DNA from: Microcaecilia unicolor
Lineage: Eukaryota
Direction: 5' to 3'
Assembly (NCBI RefSeq): GCF_901765095.1
Contig: NC_044044.1
Coordinates: forward strand, 26,632,132 to 26,696,131
DNA: 64,000 bases
In this document: positions 59,440 through 64,000 of the stretch, in pieces
Numbering within the stretch: the first letter of the stretch is position 1
Layout of the letters: every line of letters begins with the position of its first letter
Position numbers and translations under genes: made by a program
The notes under the pieces: generated by a model
What the model was told of the DNA's origin: nothing
Seen by the model: the letters and a program-made list of their open reading frames with translations, nothing else
Databases searched by the model: none

Positions 59440-60470
59440 CCCCCCCCCCAACGGTTTCCATCAAAAGGATTTTATTGAAGATACTACATATGAACAAATC
59501 GCCCGACACAGGCCGTGTTTCGCCCACCAAGGGCTGCGTCAGGGGCTAATTTGAAACCTTTGAGAAGGACCAATTGTAATGCATAATAGGCAAGAAAAAA
59601 CCAGCAGTCAGCAATCCTATTATCTCTAGCGCACACAGATAGATACACCGTTACTGAAGCTAAGGTTTCAAATTAGCCCCTGACGCAGCCCTTGGTGGGC
59701 GAAACACGGCATGTGTCGGGTGATTTGTTCATATACGGTATCTCAGTGGCGTTCCTAGGGGGGGGCGGTGGGTGCGGTCCGCCCCGGGTGCACGCCACCG
59801 GGGAGGTGTCACGCGTGCCTGCTCTCCGTTGTTCGATGCTTCTTCTCTGCCCTGGAACAGGTTACTTCCTGTTCCGGGGCAGAGAAAAAGCATCGAACAA
59901 CAGAGGAAAGGCGCGCGCGCGCGGCACCCCCCTGGCGGCGTGCACCCGGCGGGGGGGAGGGGGTTCCTTCGCGGGGGTGTCGTTTCGTCGGGGGGGGGGG
60001 GGTCTGCGCTGCATCGGGGGGGCGGGGCGCATCGGCGATCCGCCCCGGGTGCCAGCCCCCCTAGGAACGCCATTTCAGTGGTGTATCTATGGGGGGGCAC
60101 GGGGGCCTGGGCCCCCCCCCAAATTGGCTCTGGTGCCCCCAGTTTGGCTGGCAAAGGTCCCCGACCACAACCAGCTGAAGCGTTTATCTGTCCCGTGCTG
60201 GTCTTGCACTTGCCTCGTCTCCTGTTTCCAGTCGCGCCATGCGTGCTCTCATTTTAATGAAACTGAGCATGCCCGCACATGCTCAGTTTCATTAAGACGA
60301 GTGTGCAGTGCGCTACACGCTTCAGCTGGTGGGGGTTGGGGACCCCCACCAGCAAAGGTACCTGGTGGGGCCAGCAGGAGGGGGGGGGTCGGAAGCGGTG
60401 GGGGAGGCAGGCTAAAACGCATACTTTGGGCTCTGGACCACCGAGGTCTGGCTACGCCCCTGGTTTATTT
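59440..60470. repeat. GC-rich compound foldback: several nested perfect or near-perfect inverted repeats and G/C homopolymers, in the NLRP-like intron
   Basis: There is a 75-bp inverted repeat (59484-59560 against 59650-59730: tacatatgaacaaatcgcccgacacaggccgtgtttcgcccaccaagggctgcgtcaggggctaatttgaaacctt). cagtggcgttcctagggggg at 59745 pairs with cccccctaggaacgccatttcagtgg at 60056. A palindrome centred about 59868 reads ctctccgttgttcgatgcttcttctctgccctggaacagg / cctgttccggggcagagaaaaagcatcgaacaacagagg. A palindrome at 60250-60290 reads aatgaaactgagcatgcccgcacatgctcagtttcatt. ccagctgaagcgt at 60170 pairs with acgcttcagctgg at 60318. ORFs of 98-260 aa here are artefacts. Confidence 0.8.
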
Positions 60471-60660
60471 ATGAGGTTTTCTTGTAATGCTGCGAGGCAT
60501 TTTGTTTTTTTGTTTTTTTTTTTTAAAGAAAAGCATCATTTAAAGGTGTGTGTGTACTGGTTACTTACAGATATCCATATCCCTCTGTCCCCACCGTCTC
60601 CCTTCTCTTGTCCTCATTATCCCCCCCTTCCGTCATCCCTTTTCGTCTGTCCCCATCCAG

Positions 60661-60828
60661 GCTCTGGATGGTGAATCTTACGGATGGCTGCGTGGAGGAT
60701 CTCGCCAGTGCTCTGAGCACGAATGTTTCCATCAGAGACCTGAACCTGAGGGATAACGCCTTCACAGACCACTCTGTGCCCACCTTTCTGCACCTCGTGG
60801 AGAACTGCTCCGGGCTCCTTACCATCGA
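60661..60828 (+). CDS. NLRP-like gene, LRR exon encoding LWMVNLTDGCVEDLASALSTNVSIRDLNLRDNAFTDHSVPTFLHLVENCSGLLTI(E)
   Basis: Acceptor ccccatccag|G and donor GA|GTGAGC. The LRR pattern is of NLRP type B/A (L.L..C.LT..C...L..VL..N..L..LDL..N). The phase is consistent. Confidence 0.7.
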
Positions 60829-61049
60829 GTGAGCTGGCCTTCTGTCTGTCTGTCTTTCTGAGTTTAGGCATTTATAGGTGTCTTGGAGGGGTCTTGTGTG
60901 AGAATGTTTATTTATAGAGGGATGTGTGGATATATATTTTTAATGGGTGTTTATGGAAGGGGTATGTGTGTGTATTTAATCGTTTATATTTTTTTGAGTG
61001 CGTGCTTGTGTGGGGGTGTTTCTGTGTATATAAATGTGCATTTACTGTA

Positions 61050-63660
61050 TGTTTTCAAGTAGATGTTTAAGCTCATAGGTTTGAGTGTTTATGGAGGGAC
61101 AGTTGTGTTTTTAGCTGTTTATAGGAGTTTTGTTTTGGGTTGGGGTTTATGTGGGTACTTGTATATAGAGATATGTATATGTTTTAACGAGGGTGTTTAA
61201 GCTCATAGAATCGAGTGTTTATGAAGGGACAGTTGTGTTTTTAGCTGTTTATAGGGTTTTTTTGGGGGGGGAGGGGGTGTTTTTACGTGGGGGTTTGTAT
61301 ATAGAGATATGTATATGTTTTAATGAGGGTGTTTAAGCTCATAGAATCGAGTGTTTATGAAGGGACAGTTGTGTTTTTAGCTGTTTATAGGGTTTTTTTT
61401 GGGGGGGAGGGGGTGTTTTTACGTGGGTGTTTGTATATAGAGATATGTATATGTTTTAACGAGGGTGTTTAAGCTCATAGAATCGAGTGTTTATGAAGGG
61501 ACAGTTGTGTTTTTATCTGTTTATAGGGTTTTTTGGGGGGAGGGGGTGTTTTTACGTGGGGGTTTGTATATAGAGATATGTATATGTTTTAATGAGGGTG
61601 TTTAAGCTCATAGAATCGAGTGTTTATGAAGGGACAGTTGTGTTTTTAGCTGTTTATAGGGTTTTTTTGGGGGGGGGGGGGGGTGTTTTTACATGGGTAT
61701 TTGTATATAGAGATATGTATATGTTTTAACGAGGGTGTTTAAGCTCATAGAATCGAGTGTTTATGAAGGGACAGTTGTGTTTTTAGCTGTTTATAGGGGG
61801 TTTTTTGGGGGGGGAGGGGGTGTTTTACGTGGGTGTTTGTATATAGAGATATGTATATGTTTTAATGAGGGTGTTTAAGCTCATAGAATCGAGTGTTTAT
61901 GAAGGGACAGTTGTGTTTTTAGCTGTTTATAGGGTTTTTTTGGGGGGGAGGGGGTGTTTTAAGTGGGTGTTGTATATAGATATGTATATGTTTTAACGAG
62001 GGTGTTTAAGCTCATAGAATCGAGTGTTTATGAAGGGACAGTTGTGTTTATAGCTGTTTATAGGGTTTTTTTTGGGGGGGGAGGGGGTGTTTTTACGTGG
62101 GTGTTTGTATATAGAGATATGTATATGTTTTTATGTGGGTGTTTAAGCTCATAGAATCGAGTGTTTATGAAGGGACAGTTGTGTTTTTAGCTGTTTATAG
62201 GGTTTTTTTGGGGGGGGGAGGGGGTGTTTTTACATGGGTGTTTGTATATAGAGATATGTATATGTTTTAACGAGGGTGTTTAAGCTCATAGAATCGAGTG
62301 TTTATGAAGGGACAGTTGTGTTTTTAGCTGTTTATAGGGTTTTTTTTTGGGGGGGGGGAGGGGGTGTTTTTACGTGGGTGTTTGTATATAGAGATATGTA
62401 TATGTTTTAATGAGGGTGTTTAAGCTCATAGAATCGAGTGTTTATGAAGGGACAGTTGTGTTTTTAGCTGTTTATAGGGTTTTTTTTGGGGGGGAGGGGG
62501 TGTTTTTACGTGGGTGTTTGTATATAGAGATATGTATATGTTTTAACGAGGGTGTTTAAGCTCATAGAATCGAGTGTTTATGAAGGGACAGTTGTGTTTT
62601 TAGCTGTTTATAGGGTTTTTTTTGGGGGGGGGAGGGGGTGTTTTTACGTGGGTGTTTGTATATAGAGATATGTATATGTTTTAACGAGGGTGTTTAAGCT
62701 CATAGAATCGAGTGTTTATGAAGGGACAGTTGTGTTTTTATCTGTTTATAGGGTTTTTTGGGGGGGAGGGGGTGTTTTTACGTGGGGGTTTGTATATAGA
62801 GATATGTATATGTTTAACGAGGGTGTTTAAGCTCATAGAATCGAGTGTTTATGAAGGGACAGTTGTGTTTTTAGCTGTTTATAGGGTTTTTTTTGGGGGG
62901 GGAGGGGGTGTTTTTACATGGGTATTTGTATATAGAGATATGTATATGTTTTAACGAGGGTGTTTAAGCTCATAGAATCGAGTGTTTATGAAGGGACAGT
63001 TGTGTTTTTAGCTGTTTATAGGGGTTTTTTTGGGGGGGGGGGGGGTTGTTTTTACGTGGGTGTTTGTATATAGAGATATGTATATGTTTTAATGAGGGTG
63101 TTTAAGCTCATAGAATCGAGTGTTTATGAAGGGACAGTTGTGTTTTTAGCTGTTTATAGGGTTTTTTTTTTGGGGGGAGGGGGTGTTTTTACGTGGGTGT
63201 TTGTATATAGATATGTATATGTTTTAACGAGGGTGTTTAAGCTCATAGAATCGAGTGTTTATGAAGGGACAGTTGTGTTTTTAGCTGTTTATAGGGTTTT
63301 TTTTGGGGGGGAGGGGGTGTTTTTACGTGGGTGTTTGTATATAGAGATATGTATATGTTTTTATGTGGGTGTTTAAGCTCATAGAATCGAGTGTTTATGA
63401 AGGGACAGTTGTGTTTTTAGCTGTTTATAGGGTTTTTTTTGGGGGGGGAGGGGGTGTTTTTACGTGGGTGTTTGTATATAGAGATATGTATATGTTTTAA
63501 CGAGGGTGTTTAAGCTCATAGAATCGAGTGTTTATGAAGGGACAGTTGTGTTTTTAGCTGTTTATAGGGTTTTTTTTGGGGGGGGGAGGGGGTGTTTTTA
63601 CGTGGGTGTTTGTATATAGAGATATGTATATGTTTTTATGTGGGTGTTTAAGCTGATAGA
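61050..63660 (+). repeat. Satellite-like tandem array: about 137-bp unit, about 19 copies, about 2.6 kb, each unit containing a T(n)G(n)AGGGGG run. It fills most of the last NLRP-like intron.
   Basis: The unit is gagggtgtttaagctcatagaatcgagtgtttatgaagggacagttgtgtttttagctgtttatagggtttttttgggggggagggggtgtttttacgtgggtgtttgtatatagagatatgtatatgttttaac. Copy starts are spaced 135-140 bp apart from about 61190 to about 63640. A degenerate leader lies at 60880-61190. Confidence 0.9.
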
Positions 63661-63777
63661 TGTTTATGCAGGATGTGTCTTTGTGTGCGCAAACTTGTGA
63701 AGGTTTTTAAAGACGTTTGTGACTCTCTGATACTGTTTTATCACACCCACACAGTTTCTCTTTTCTTGCACTTGCAG

Positions 63778-63877
63778 CCTCTGCAATAATCCATTCAGTG
63801 GAGTAGGCTGCCAGAAGTTGAAATTGTTCGAGGAGAAGTTGAGACGCACCCGGCACGGATTAAAGATTAAAGTCTGA
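63778..63877 (+). CDS. NLRP-like gene, putative terminal exon encoding (D)LCNNPFSGVGCQKLKLFEEKLRRTRHGLKIKV*
   Basis: Acceptor ttgcacttgcag|C in the correct phase. The stop codon TGA is at 63875-63877. The sequence is a plausible LRR C-terminal cap, but there is no independent homology, so the true 3' end could lie elsewhere. Confidence 0.5.
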
Positions 63878-64000
63878 GACACAGGAGAGGACACCGCACC
63901 ACAGCTTTTTAATATTCCACAGGCACCGCCACTTACAGCTAAACCTATAGAAAATGTGACGGCGAAAACTAGGAGGATGATTGGGTGCATAAGGAGAGGA

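Noticed and set aside
59692-60474. ORFs of 98-260 aa (for example 59692..60474 and 59772..60257, plus minus-strand 59729..60154) rich in Gly/Arg/Pro
   Set aside because: They overlap a GC-rich nested-palindrome region and are mutually overlapping on both strands. They are typical of GC-rich non-coding sequence and have no domain signal.

Overview
This is vertebrate nuclear DNA, not prokaryotic. The non-LTR retrotransposon content (CR1, L2-like and L1 LINEs, MIR-type tRNA-SINEs) suggests a non-mammalian tetrapod, but that is a guess. I can support three protein-coding genes from the sequence, all with phase-consistent splice junctions. (1) A TPPP2-like tubulin polymerization-promoting protein gene on the minus strand: three coding exons between 11796 and 15534, giving a 171-aa product. 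(2) A ZNF219-like C2H2 zinc-finger gene on the plus strand: three coding exons between 36066 and 42116, about 1188 aa, with a lineage-specific repetitive N-terminal extension. (3) An NLRP-like innate-immune gene on the plus strand between about 49994 and 63877: PYD-like exons, one large NACHT exon, and only three short RI-type LRR exons, with very large repeat-filled introns. TPPP2 and ZNF219 are neighbours on human 14q11.2, where I recall no NLR gene. An NLR next to this block is therefore the most interesting gene-level observation. The rest of the window is dominated by interspersed and tandem repeats. These include 5'-truncated CR1 3' ends; an L2-like LINE with a tRNA-SINE nested inside it, where the SINE shares the LINE's 3' tail; and an L1 3' fragment in ZNF219 intron 1. 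There are also several large minisatellite/satellite arrays, two of them related and in inverted orientation. Further structures are a MIR-core-derived tandem array, several GC-rich foldback (nested palindrome) elements, clusters of ACGT-core palindromic motifs (TGAYGTCA, GGACGTCC), and unusually many long G/C homopolymer runs. All long ORFs in the supplied track that lie in tandem-repeat or palindromic regions are artefacts.
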